Assembly (NCBI RefSeq): GCF_006345805.1
Contig: NC_043007.1
Coordinates: forward strand, 1,550,001-1,614,000
Direction: 5' to 3'
DNA: 64,000 nucleotides
Origin: Octopus sinensis
Lineage: Eukaryota
Of this stretch, positions 38,570-50,834 are shown piece after piece. The position numbers were made by a program, and so were the translations under genes. The notes under the pieces were generated by a model that made no database searches, had not been told where the DNA came from, and saw nothing but the letters and a program-made list of their open reading frames with translations. Positions within the stretch are counted from its first letter, which is position 1; each line of letters opens with the position of its first letter.

Positions 38570-39008
38570 ACATTTAAGAGATAAGGAATTATGTACATTA
38601 TTTATATTATTTACATTTGACAGATATTTGTCCTCATCTTGTTTGTTGTTAACACATTTTGGTTGATACACCCTCCATCCTTCATGAGGTATCTTGGGGG
38701 AAATTTCAAATGTGGGTTCTCATTCCTAAGGTATTTTTTCAATGTTATTATTATTATTGTTATTATTCCGGAATTGAACTCTTAACCAGTATGCCACATG
38801 CCCGTCGGTAATTATGGAGTGAATTTTAGGGTTTATAAATCTAATATTTTTCTATCCTTCTGGTATTAAGGAAAGATAGAAAATATTAGATTTATAAGCC
38901 CTAAAATTCACTAATGATAACAATAACAATGATAATAATAATAGTAATGATAACAACAACATCGAAAATTTCTCCAAGACACCTGATGAAGGCTGGAGGG
39001 TACATCAG
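38570..39008. mobile_element. Fold-back Penelope-like remnant with HHR in both arms
   Basis: Central palindrome 38818-38912, outer inverted arms ~38660-38710 and 38965-39008, (TAA)n tracts. The same family occurs at 534-600. Confidence 0.6.
38979..39008 (+). ncRNA. Truncated hammerhead motif (5' half)
   Basis: ACAC-CTGATGA-A-GGCTG-GAGGGTACAT-CAG, then truncated. The decayed inverted copy at ~38652-38692 and the 3' half at 534-549 (GCC-GAAA-TG-CT-GTGT) allow reconstruction of a complete motif. Confidence 0.55.
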
Positions 39009-39414
39009 TGGATTATTTTGTATGCAGAGCTGTAGGTCAATGCCAGTGTCACCTGACTAGCTCGTTGTGCTAGTGGTACATAAAAAGCACCATCCAAATG
39101 TGTTTGATGCCAGTCTTTCCCCCACCCCTGACTGGATCCTGTGCTAGTGGCATGTAGAAAGCACAGCACCATCTGAACGTGAACGATGCCAGGCCCACCT
39201 GACCGGCCCCGTGCCGGTGGTACATAAAAAGCACCCACTACGCTGTCTGAGTGGTTGGCATTTGGCATGTAGAAACCTTGCTAGATCAGATTGGAGCCTG
39301 GCACAGCCTCCCAGCTTGCCAGTCCCCAGTCAAACCGTCAAATCGTCAAACCCATGCCAGCATGGGAAGCTGACATTAAACAATGATGATGATGATGAAC
39401 CATGACTAATTGAC

Positions 39415-39712
39415 AGAGAACATATCACCTCATTGATGGTCACTTGCTGGTTCACCAGAACCATCCTCGAGCATGTTGGCTCTCCATGTCTGTGGTGGAG
39501 GTTGGTGGGTGTCCTCGCTCTTCGTGCTTCACACTTGCCTGGCCATTTTCAAACTTCTCAATCTTTACAAATTTCCACATGGTAGAGCATTGTCCCTCTA
39601 TTTCAATGAAAGCCTGCGATGAACCTCATCTCCCGACACCTCTTCAGACCAGAGAAACTGGGCCACTGGTCTCTGTTCTTCTTTAGTGCCCATTGCCATT
39701 GAAACAACCATG
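39415..39712 (-). mobile_element. Decayed mariner transposase N-terminus (HTH region)
   Basis: Minus strand KEEQRPVAQFLWSEEVSGDEVHRRLS...DNALP, then frameshifted KFENGQASVKHEERG, resembling the mariner DNA-binding domain. Confidence 0.7.
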
Positions 39713-40593
39713 AAACAGGATTATCATCAGATTTTGCACCAGACAGTTGCATGTTTTTGCTTTCTTAGAATTGGTGCATTGCTTCTCTGTGATGCAGGCA
39801 CAGGCATGGCTGTGTGGTTTAGAAGCTTTCTTTCCAAACACATGGTTTTGGGTTCAGTCCCACTTCACAGCACTTTCAGCAGCTTTGGGTCAACCAATGC
39901 CTTATTAGTGAATTTTGTTGACAGAAACTGTGCAGAACCCTATATATATTATATATATTGTGTGTGTGTCTTAGTATTTGTATTTGTCTCTTCCTCATTG
40001 CTTATCAACCAGTGTTAGTTTGTTTACATCCTTGTTACTTAGCAATTTAGCAAAGATTAATACTACAAGTACTAGACTTAGAAGAAATAAATACCGTGGC
40101 TGCTTTATTCAGTTAAGCTCTTCAAGGCTGCAGTTCAGTGACTGAAACAAATAAAAGATAAAGAATCAGAAAATAACCAAAAGCATTTGGCCATGAAATG
40201 CTATCTAAAAAAATATATAATCCCCTCTCATCCATGACAGCATGGATTTGTGTTTGTAAAACCTACGACGGTAAGGACACTTGCTATTGTTTGTGCTCTT
40301 AAATGTATTTGTTTGAAAGAAACAGGTTTAATTTCTCTCAGCTAGAATCACATTATTTAGACAGGAAATTAATTGGTTGCATTGATATTTCGTTTAGATT
40401 GCTAAATATTTGTAATGAGCATTAAGATTGCCATGAATGTTTGAATTCAATAGAATGATTATACAGTTTTTGCCATTGTCTAGCAAATTATTTAATCACA
40501 CTCATTAATTAGAATTGAAGCAGATATTACAGTTTATAAATTAGCTTTCATCGATGTTTACTCTTTCTTCTAATTATTCGATTTTGTTCGTCG

Positions 40594-40671
<78 letters not shown>

Positions 40672-41559
40672 CGTGTGTGTTTTCTCTCTTGCTATCATCT
40701 TTGTCTTCTTGGCATTATTCCTCTTCGATTTTTAAAATTTTTATTGTGTGATGGTGCTCCAATATGCCATAAGCAAAAAGTCTAAAACTGTTAAGGAATG
40801 AAAGACAGGAAATATATATCCATGAGATATATATATGTCAACGCTCTTTGATTTATAAACAGATATGCACAAAGGCACGCACACATGCACACACACACAC
40901 ACATATACATAGATAGATATACATATTCAAATATATATATATACATATACACAAACATATGCACCCATATATATATATATATACACACACATACATATAT
41001 ACACATATATATGTATAGATACAAATATATATTTACACACACACACACACACAGATAGATAGATATATGTATTCAAATATATATATATATATATATATAT
41101 ATACAAATATATGCATCCATGTATATACACACATATACATATACACACACAAACACGTATATATGTTTAGATAGAAATATGTATTTACATGCACACACAC
41201 ACACATGCACACACACACACACACATGCACACACACACACACACACACACACGCACATGCTATGACATTGAAGCACATACCACTAACAATTTCTTTTCTT
41301 TTCGCCAACTAATCTCATCTTTTGCTGAATATATTAACTCCTGTCCAGTCTTGGTATTTGAAAATAATATTTCACTCTAAGCCTGTCTATATTGTTTTTG
41401 CTGGTGGACACAATGAAATTTCATTGGCCAGTTTGTAATTTAATAATGGTTAAATAAGACATGTTTTAGTATGAGTGTGATACTTTATCCACCCACATAT
41501 GAAGCCCAGTCTTGTGTTCCAGATGGAATTGGTTCACTGCATTAATGTCGTCTATGCCC

Positions 41560-41774
41560 TTAACCCTTCCATTACTGTATTTATTTTGAGATGCTCTGTG
41601 TTTCTTTCAATTAATTTTAAAGATAACAAAGAATGTAGTAAAATAACTTAGTTGTTAGGAACATAAATTGTGATTAAGGTTTGGTGGAAGATTTTAATTC
41701 TGAACTTTTGAAAACAAGACATTTCTACTCAGAGCCAGAGCCGGTTTCAGCCGGGTTAGTAACGAAAGGGTTAA
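41560..41774. mobile_element. piggyBac-like MITE
   Basis: TTAACCCTT...GAAAGGGTTAA, with an internal reverse-complement match to 50565-50792. Confidence 0.7.
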
Positions 41775-41949
41775 TGACTCATCATCGTTCATGCATTTCT
41801 TCTGGATTGGTATTGGTTGGGGTCAGATTATACAATCCTAATTTGTTCTTATTCGGAGTCATTACCATTATCAATGGGTTGGATAAGCATGTTTTGCTTG
41901 TACCTTCCATTTTGATGTGGTTTCTTATGGCTGGCAACCTTTCCTAAGA

Positions 41950-42109
41950 TTAACCATTTTACGGAATTGGCACCAGTGGTATTAACCATTTTACAGAATT
42001 GGCACCAGTGGTATTAACCATTTTACAGAATTGGCACCAGTGGTATTAACCATTTTACAGAATTGGCACCAATGGTATTAACCATTTTACAGAATTGGCA
42101 CCAATGGTA
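41950..42109. repeat. 32-bp minisatellite, 5 units
   Basis: TTAACCATTTTACAGAATTGGCACCAGTGGTA x5 with no spacers. Confidence 0.95.
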
Positions 42110-42120
42110 TTAATGTTGTC

Positions 42121-42353
42121 AAGGCAGCGAGCTGGTAGAAATGTTAGTACGCCGGGCAAAATGCTTAGTGGTATTTCGTCTTCCGCTACGTTCTGAGTTG
42201 AAATTCCGCCTAGGTCGACTTTGTCTTTCATCCTTTCGAGATCAATTAAATAAGTACCAGTTATGCACTGGGGTCGATGTAATCGACTTAATCCGTTTGT
42301 CTGTCCTTGTTTGTCCACTCTGTGTTTAGCCCCTTGTGGGTAGTAAAGAAATA
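42121..42353 (+). mobile_element. SINE family B (tRNA-like head plus Nin/Deu-like central domain), representative copy
   Basis: GGCRGCGAGCTGG...GAGTTSAAATTC...CTTTCATCCTTTCG...AAGTACCAG...AAAGAAATA. Copies at 5495-5725(-), 14130-14350(-), 20505-20745(+), 27116-27388(+), 56481-56710(-), 61915-62020(+). Confidence 0.85.
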
Positions 42354-43253
42354 GGCATTCTATTTTACAGAATTGGCACCAGTGGTATTAATGGTGTTAT
42401 ATCCTTCACACAGCTAAAGAGTCTACATTATTCTGCTTTGTCTTCTTTTGAATGCTCCCTGCCCTACTTCACAGAGGGTCCTGTGTGCATGGTATCATTG
42501 GCATCAAAGCTAAAGATATTGTCTTGCCTTCTGCAAATCTAGGGAGTCCTCTGTAGTCTTTGTAGTCTCCATTGTTTTCAAGACAAAACAGGAGTGGAAT
42601 GATGACCATGTGTATGAAAGAGGGGAGTATAAGAATGAAAGTGTGACAATGGACAGAGAAGAGAGTGCTGAAATGATAGGAGAGGGAGAAATGGAAGAGA
42701 GACACTGATAGTTGCCACACATTGGTAGCTGGGAGTTTTGGGGTTAAACAGAGAAAATGCAAAAGCAGTTTGATGGGATTGCAAGTGTGTGCCATGGTAA
42801 AAGAGGGTGAGAAATGGAGAGCAACATGGATGAGTGATGGTAAGGGTGGTCGAAGAGGTGGGTAATGTAAGAGAGACAGTGATAGCTACATGGGAGTTTG
42901 AACAGAAAACGGCTGTAGTTACATGTTGGGATAGCAATGAAAATGTATCATGGTAAAAGAGAATGAGCAATGAATAGCAACATGGAGGAGAGAGGGAGAA
43001 AATGGTGGTGACATGTAGAAAGCGATTGATGGTGGTACATAATATTAATAGAGTTGATGCCATTCTCCACTAGTGTGTTGTACAGGTATCCTAGTGAAAG
43101 AGAAGAGAGGCAGAGTGGCAGGAGGAGAGAAGTAGGATGATAGTCAAAAAAGGTAATGGTGGGACGATTAGTACAGACAATTCCACAGTTGATACATTGA
43201 AGAGAATAAAGAGTGAGAAGATATCAAACAAGATATTGGATAAGGCTTAACAT

Positions 43254-43412
43254 AGGTGTAGGAGTGGCTGTGTGGTAAGTAGCTTGCTTACCAACCACAT
43301 GGTTCCGGGTTCAGTCCCACTGCATGGCTCTTTGGGCAAGTGTCTTCTATTATAGCCTCGGGCTGACTAAAGCCTTGTTAGTGGATGGAAACTGAAAGAA
43401 GTCCATCGTATA

Positions 43413-43463
<51 letters not shown>

Positions 43464-43680
43464 ATACGTTTGTGTGTCTGTATTTGTCCTCCCCAACATC
43501 GCTTGACAACTGATGGTGGTGTGTTTACGTCCCCGTAACTTAGCGGTTCGGCAAAAGAAACCGATAGAATAATTACTAGGCTTACAAAGAATAAGTCCTG
43601 GGTTCGATTTGCTCAACTAAATGTCGGTGCTCCAGCATGGCCACAGTCAAATGGCTGAAACAAGTAAAAGAGATAAAAGA
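43254..43680 (+). mobile_element. SINE family A
   Basis: Full-length match to 26449-26880. Confidence 0.9.
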
Positions 43681-46435
43681 GATGAGTATTAACACGGGTG
43701 TACTCGGCCAGAGATTCAGTGATTTATATTCCAAACCCCATCACCATACACAAGCATCACACAATTTACCGTTCTTCATGTTTAGAAAGAAACTTTCTCA
43801 ACATGAAAGTGAATGCTCTCTGAAGGTTCCTCACCTTGTTCTTAGTTGGTTGTCTATATTTTCAGTGCATTCACCTCTGTTAATTAGGTCTCTTTGATAG
43901 CAGAAGCTATTAATTACGCTTTTTAGTGAATCTTCTATGCATTCAAAGGAATTTATTTTACATGTGTTCTTACAGCTTGTTACTCCTACACATCTGCCAA
44001 ATACAAAGTCTACCTTTTCTTTCAGACTGACTGTAGCGCCACCACACCTTTTGTGAATCCATCATTTATGCTGATTATAATTCCTATGCGTTTCTGCATT
44101 CATACTTTCTAATTTGTCCTTCTGTAGACGTTGCAGGCTTCATTCCTATGGAGAAAAATTATTATTTCCTACATGTCTTATAAAATAGCTGATAGAGTGT
44201 GAATTATTTTGTTGTTAGATTATGTTGTGTCTCTCAGCAAATCACTTATTTAAAAGGTTTCGTCAAATATATATTACTTTCTTGGTCTGACTGTTTAATT
44301 TTAGTGTGTTGGTGGTGGTTGTTTTCATTTACAGAAAAGCATACTTAGATCTACTGTGTGTTATTTCAGTGGAACAAACAGCCGTGTAAGTTAACAAAAA
44401 GAAAAGAAACCTCAAAGACTCTCGCATACTTTTTATTCTATTACTTACCAATTTCAACAGCATTTATATCACTTCAATTTTTGCCTCTTGAGAATAAGAA
44501 TTAGATTAAATTGTGCTAACATTTTACTTTCATTCAAAAACACTTAATTTTTAATTCATTCTCACACAAAAAGGAAAATTTTGATTTCTATAACCTTTAG
44601 TTTAAATTTAGATAATTGGGAAAGCTATATAAATTGTTGTAAGAATAATTTCTATGTATTTTTAGTCAGATGAAATTGTATCTTGTATAGGAATCTTTGC
44701 ATCAATATTTTCCTTATCTTTTTTGTTTACTTAAATACTTTAAAAACAAATTTTGCACTTTTCACATTTTGAATTATATTCGCAAGTTTCTTTTGATTTT
44801 ATATTTTTGAATCAAAGTGCAGGTTTGGCTATGTGATTAACAAACTTGTTTTGCACCCCTATTGTCCTGATTTTGGACAAATGCCTTCTGCTTAGCCTCT
44901 GGTTAACCAATACTTAGAGTGGAAACTGAGAAGAAGCCTCTCAGTGATGTATGCGTGTGTTATGTGCATGTGGATGTCGTTCTGTACATTTTTGTTAACA
45001 CATCATCATCATCATTTAACGTCCGCTTTCCATGCTAGCATGGGTTGGACGATTTTGACTGATGGCTGGTGAACCAGATGGCTGCACCAGGCTCCAGTCT
45101 TGATTTGGCAGAGTTTCTACAGATGGATGCCCTTCCTAATGCCAACCACTCCAAGAGTGTAGTGGGTGCTTTTTACGTGCCACCGGCACTGGGGCCAGTC
45201 AGGTGGTACTGAGCAAAAAAAAAAAAAAAATAGTGTTTTTGTTTACATTCTCCATTAAATAACAGCAGATAACGTGTAAGAACCAATGGAATGAGAAAGA
45301 AAATATACTTCATTTGGTAAACAGAGAAGTGTTGTAACAGGAGAAAAAACTTGTGGCTATAGAAAATTGACCTCAACAAGTTTTGAGTAACGAATCCCAG
45401 CATAAAACATGTCAAAAAGCAAATGAATTTCTGTTCAGTTTTATGGATATTTTTTGTTCGGGATTACAATCATCCATTTGCTGTCCAAAGCCCTCATGCC
45501 AGCCAGGGTTTTTCTACCTAACCAGGTGTGGTTCTTATTTGCAATTTGATGGACTGAATTAGTGTGAGCCGTATGTCTTGGCCATGCACACAGCCACCCA
45601 CTGTGTGTCTCATATCTTTTGGCTGCTTGCATCAACGTTCATGGAATTAGATAAAAAAAATATCTCTCGATTTGCATTCTTGTTTTAATATTACATATAA
45701 CCATCAGTAGTTGCTTCACGTATGCTGTTTGTTGTACAGTTAAGCTAGTGCATACATAATTAAATTCAGGAATTCAAACATCAAAACAAAAAAGCATAAA
45801 TTATATCTGTGATAAAACAGTATTTTAATTCCATGAATATCATTGTGCACATAACAACATTTATGTTCCATTAATGTTAAAGGTAAAAATTATTAATGTT
45901 AGTGATGACAGCTGCTAATTTCTTCATATTTTCTATATCTATAAAACATTAGCTGCAACAATATATCTATCCAACCATTACATGTAAGTTCTTGTATAGA
46001 ATATCAAAAACATGCGGAATATACATTAAGAAACATTTCAATAACATTATGTTTTGTAGAATATTAACGAAAATAAAATGAATTGATTGAGTATTGCATT
46101 TAATCTATAATATCACTTAGCATGGAGTTTAATTTCTTGGTGAATATTGTTTTCCCATTTCTGTTATTCTTCCACATAATATGTGTTTCTTCAACTGGAA
46201 ACTCAGGGATCGGTTGTTTTTCATTACCGAAATGGAATTTCATTACTAATGGAATTCAAGTGACTTATTGGCTGTGGTTGGGTGGTAAGAAGTTTGTTTC
46301 CGAAGCACTTGGTTCCAAGTTCAGTCCTTGGGTGTCTTCTACTATAGCCTTTGGTCAACCAAAGCCTTGTGAGAGGATTTGATAGACTGAAACTGAAAGA
46401 GGCCCGTAGTATACACACGCACGCATACATGCACG

Positions 46436-46482
<47 letters not shown>

Positions 46483-46794
46483 GACAACAGGCTTCTTTCA
46501 GTTTTCATCTACCAAATTCATTCACAAGTCTTTGGCCAGTCCAAGACTATTGTAGAAAACACTTGCTCAAGGTGCCACACAATGAGATTGATCCTGAAAC
46601 CATGTTTAGCACATGCACTTAATCTCTCTCTATACAAAGCTGAAGTTTTCTGTGTATGGCAAGTTTGGTAGCCTTCAACTAACACTATCTCCTCCAAGAC
46701 CCTGCAGCACAAGTTGACCAAAATTGAGAGTATGATAGAAGAAGGCTTGCTCTTCCTTCCGTAGAAGAAAAAATTCAAATCGGACACCAAAAAT

Positions 46795-47007
46795 TATTTA
46801 CATCAAAAAGGTGCTTTATTTCTATGAAAATCCCTATTTTTTACGATTTTTTTTATTACTGTGTCGCCATTTTTCGGTGTATTTCAACCAGAGAAATGTT
46901 CACTTAAAGAGAATAACAAGCTACATAATGCAAAATTTTTACTTTTCAAAAATTCCAATTTTAAAGGGTCAAAACAAACCCGAGCAACGCCGGGCGATAC
47001 TGCTAGT
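46795..47007 (-). mobile_element. Helitron-like element, partial
   Basis: Reverse complement of 30628-30850. Confidence 0.6.
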
Positions 47008-47747
47008 TTTGAAATAAAACTTTTTCAGTGTGTGTAATTGTGTGTATGTCTGTATGTGTAAGTCTGTATACACACTTATGTACGTTCTTTTGTGCATGTG
47101 AAAAGCAAGAATTATCACTTGGATCCAGAGATCTTTCACATGTATGTAGTTAAGACGAAGCTATATCAGTAATAGATAGGAATGGAATTATTTGAACAAT
47201 CAACTAATGGAGGCGTAAGTTAGGTTAACAGGAAATCAATATCTTAAGTGCACCAAATGCAACTCACTCATCAAGAATAAGTAAGTGACTGTAAACCATG
47301 AACTGCTGTGGCAGTAGTCCACTGTAGACGGTAGATAAACCATGTTGTCAAGGAGATCTTATCAGTGCTAAATGTAAATTTAATAGAAGATATGAATCAT
47401 TTCTATTCTGCTAAATATTAAAGGCACCTTCGTATTGCTACCTGTAAATATTTGATATATACGAAATGTTTGATATTGCAGAATATCATAAGTTTCATCA
47501 TCATCATCATCATCATCGTTAACGTTTGCTTTCCATGCTAGCATGGGTTGGATGATTTTGACTGAGGGCTGGCGAACTAGATGGCTGCACCAGGCTCCAA
47601 TCTTGATCTGGCTGAGTTTCTACAGCTGGATGCTCTCCCTAATGCCAACCATATATATCATATATAATTGTGATATGTTGTCATTCAAGGCCTAACAAAG
47701 ACAATTTGATTTCAGTTCGTTAATTTATGACATCGTTGTCGTCGTCG

Positions 47748-47778
<31 letters not shown>

Positions 47779-49072
47779 TATCAGTTTATGTCCACTTTCC
47801 ATGCTTGGGGGTTGTCATGGTCCATACAGTTCTTATTTGGAGTGATTTCCCCATTTTAGGTGTCTTTCTTGCTTATTCCTTTATTTTGTGTGTGTGTGTG
47901 GTTCCTGTGGTCGGATGCCATTCCTGACACCAACCACTTCCCAGTGTTCTTAGGGTGCATTTTGTCATGGCATCAAACACTAAAGATGTTGTCATGACTT
48001 GGCATGATCGATGCACTCTCTTTGAGTTTTACTGCCTTCATTCATTCACCAATCCTTTTATAACTTACCCTGCATGGGGTGCATTTGATCATGGCACCAA
48101 CATTAGGGGGGCTGCCTTGTCCTCCTTGCAAGACCAAGGCTAAAGAATTCTGTTGACTCTGCATTGTTTCTTTTTTTCCCAAGTCGAGAGAGTGACAAGA
48201 GGAGTGTGATGACTGAAGTAGTGGAGGAGACGGGAGTATGAGTAAGTCAAGATAAATAGCCTGTACTGATGGGTGTGTGTGTGTGTGTATTTGTGTATCA
48301 TCATTTAATGTCTATTTTCCATGCTGGCATGGGTTGGATGGATTAACAGGCTCTGGCCAGCCACAAGGCTGCATCAGGCTTTGAGCATGGTCGTTGCCAG
48401 TGCTACCTGACTGGCTCCTGTGCTGGTGGCATGTAAAAAGCACCATTTGTGTGTGGTCATTGCCAGTGCCGCCTGACTGGCACATAAAAAGCACCACTAC
48501 ACTCTCAGAGTGGTTGGCATTAGCAAGGGCATCCAGCTGTAGAAACCTTGCCAGATCAGATTGGAGCCTCCTGGCTTGCCAGTCCTCAGTCAAACTGTCC
48601 AACCCATGCCAGCATGGAAAGCGGATGTTAAATGATGATGATGATGATGATGATGATAGAATAGATGTTAAAAGATAATGAAGATAATGATATATATTAT
48701 GCATATATATTGGGAGTATCTCTATATTGAAAACACTTAGTAGCTCAGTAGCGCCGAAATGATTTGAACGTATTATTCTGAAATCTTTAGCAAGGACCAA
48801 ATCAGCAGAGTAAAGAGTGGTTATAGCGGGCATCCAAGTGAGCAGACATGGAGACAATCGATGCAAAATAAACAGATAAAAATTCTTCAGTCTGATAAAC
48901 CACAATATATATTCATGTAAATAAAGAAAATACAAATACTGGAAAATTCCCGGATGACTAGCATTCAAGTATAAATATAGATATATATTTATACTCGAAT
49001 GTTAATCATCTGGAAATATATTCTTGTATATCAAACCCAAGGAGTTTTATCTGTTTATTTGCATTATTACAA

Positions 49073-49487
49073 AGGCGGCGAGCTGGCAGAATTGTTAGCA
49101 CGCTGGGCGAAATGCTTAGCCATATTTCATCTGTCGTTACGTTCCGAGTTCAAATTTCGCCGAGGTTGACTTTGCCTTTCATCCTTTCGGGGTCGATTAA
49201 ATAAGTACCAGTTATGCACTGGGGTCGATGTAATCGACTTGATCCCTTTCTCTGTCCTTGTTTGTCCCCTCTGTGTTTAGCCCCTTGTGGGTAGTAAAGA
49301 AATAGGTATTTCATCTGCCGTTACGTGGTGAGTTCAAATTCCACCGAGGCCGACTTTGCCTTTCATCCTTTCGGGGTCGATAAATTAAGTACCAGTTACA
49401 CACTGGGATCGATGTAATCGCCTTGATCCCTTTGTCTGTCCTTGTTTGTCCCCTCTGTGTTTAACTCCTTGTGGGTAGTAAAGAAAT
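49073..49487 (+). mobile_element. Dimeric SINE B
   Basis: Tandem body, with TSD TATTTGCATT(A/G)TTACA on both sides. Confidence 0.85.
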
Positions 49488-49874
49488 ATATTTGCATTGT
49501 TACATATGTGTGTGTATTTTAATTAGATTAGAAATGAGTTCTGAAAGAGTTTAAGTATAAAAATAGTCAAACAACTTGGGGAAATGATTATGAAACTTTA
49601 TTTATGAGCCAAAACCAACTGGTACTTACTGACTGGAGACATGTTGTGAATTGGTGTTTGGCGCTGTGTCTGGCAGAAATAAGTCATTTATGAAAATGTA
49701 ATGAAGTAGTTTTAACTCGTTTGTGACTATGTCTTTAATGAAATACTCTTCCTGTTTCTTTTGATTAATTTTTGAAATAATTAAGACTGAGAGGATTTAG
49801 GAAAATAATCAACTTTTCCAATTTAATTAATTAGTATTTGGAATGCATCATAAAAAAGGAAAAACATATTTTGA

Positions 49875-50834
49875 AAATTATTATGACAGGAATATGTGTC
49901 CAAGTATAAAGACTTTAATATACAAGCTTCAGTATCATTGAATCAGATGGTCTCTGGTATCAAAATGGTAATTTTATTGTAATTTGCTTGAAGTTTACTA
50001 TGTATCTCGGTGACATAAATGTTTGGAGATAAAAAAAAAATTGAGGAATTTGGGTGAAGAATGAGACAACATACGTAGTTGATGTCATTAACCCTTTCGA
50101 TACCCCCAGCTGAAACCTACTCTGGCTCTGAGTACAAATGTCTTGTTTTCACAAGTTCTGAATAAAATCTTCCACCAAACTTAGCCACCAATTATGTTCC
50201 TAAAACCAGCTTAATGATAACTAAGTTTATTTTACTAAATTCTTTGTTATATTTAAAGTAATTGAAAGAAACACAGAGCATCTCAACAGAATACAATGAC
50301 GAAAGGGTTAAACAACCTTACATAGGTTGTTTAATGACACTATATTTTAGAAATTATTATGACAGGAATATGTGTCCAAGTATAAAGACTTTAATATACA
50401 AGCTTCAGTATCATTGAATCAGATGGTCTGGTATCAAAATGGTTAATTTTATTGTAATTTGCTTGAAGTTTTACTATGTATCTCGGTGACATAAATGTTT
50501 GGAGGATAAAAAAAAAATTGAGGAATTTGGGTGAAGAATGAGACAAAATACGTAGTTGATGTCATTAACCCTTTCGATACCAACCCAGCTGAAACCTACT
50601 CTGGCTCTGAGTACAAATGTCTTGTTTTCACAAGTTCTGAATTAAAATCTTCCACCAAACCTTAGCCACAATTTATGTTCCTAACACCAGCTTAATGATA
50701 ACTAAGTTATTTTACTAAATTCTTTGTTATATTTAAAGTAATTGAAAGAAACACAGAGCATCTCAACAGAAATACAATGACGAAAGGGTTAAACAACCTT
50801 ACATAGGTTGTTTAATGACACTAATATTTTAGAA
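49875..50834. repeat. ~480-bp tandem duplication
   Basis: AAATTATTATGACAGG at 49875 and 50351. The copies differ mainly by small indels. Confidence 0.9.
50565..50792. mobile_element. piggyBac-like MITE
   Basis: TTAA-CCCTTTCG...CGAAAGGG-TTAA. Related copies at 50088-50311, 41560-41774 (inverted) and 14664-14885. Confidence 0.75.

Noticed and set aside
41950-42109. CRISPR-like 32-bp repeat
   Set aside because: Contiguous units with no spacers, eukaryotic context and no cas genes.
5924-43616. Recurring ORFs such as DTCPRCHAVGLNPEPCGW / DGLLSVSVYQIHSQ
   Set aside because: Chance reading frames of non-coding SINE A copies.
48312-48968. 218-aa minus-strand ORF
   Set aside because: It runs through a (CAT)n tail and RTE 3' UTR; the unique part has no recognisable domain.
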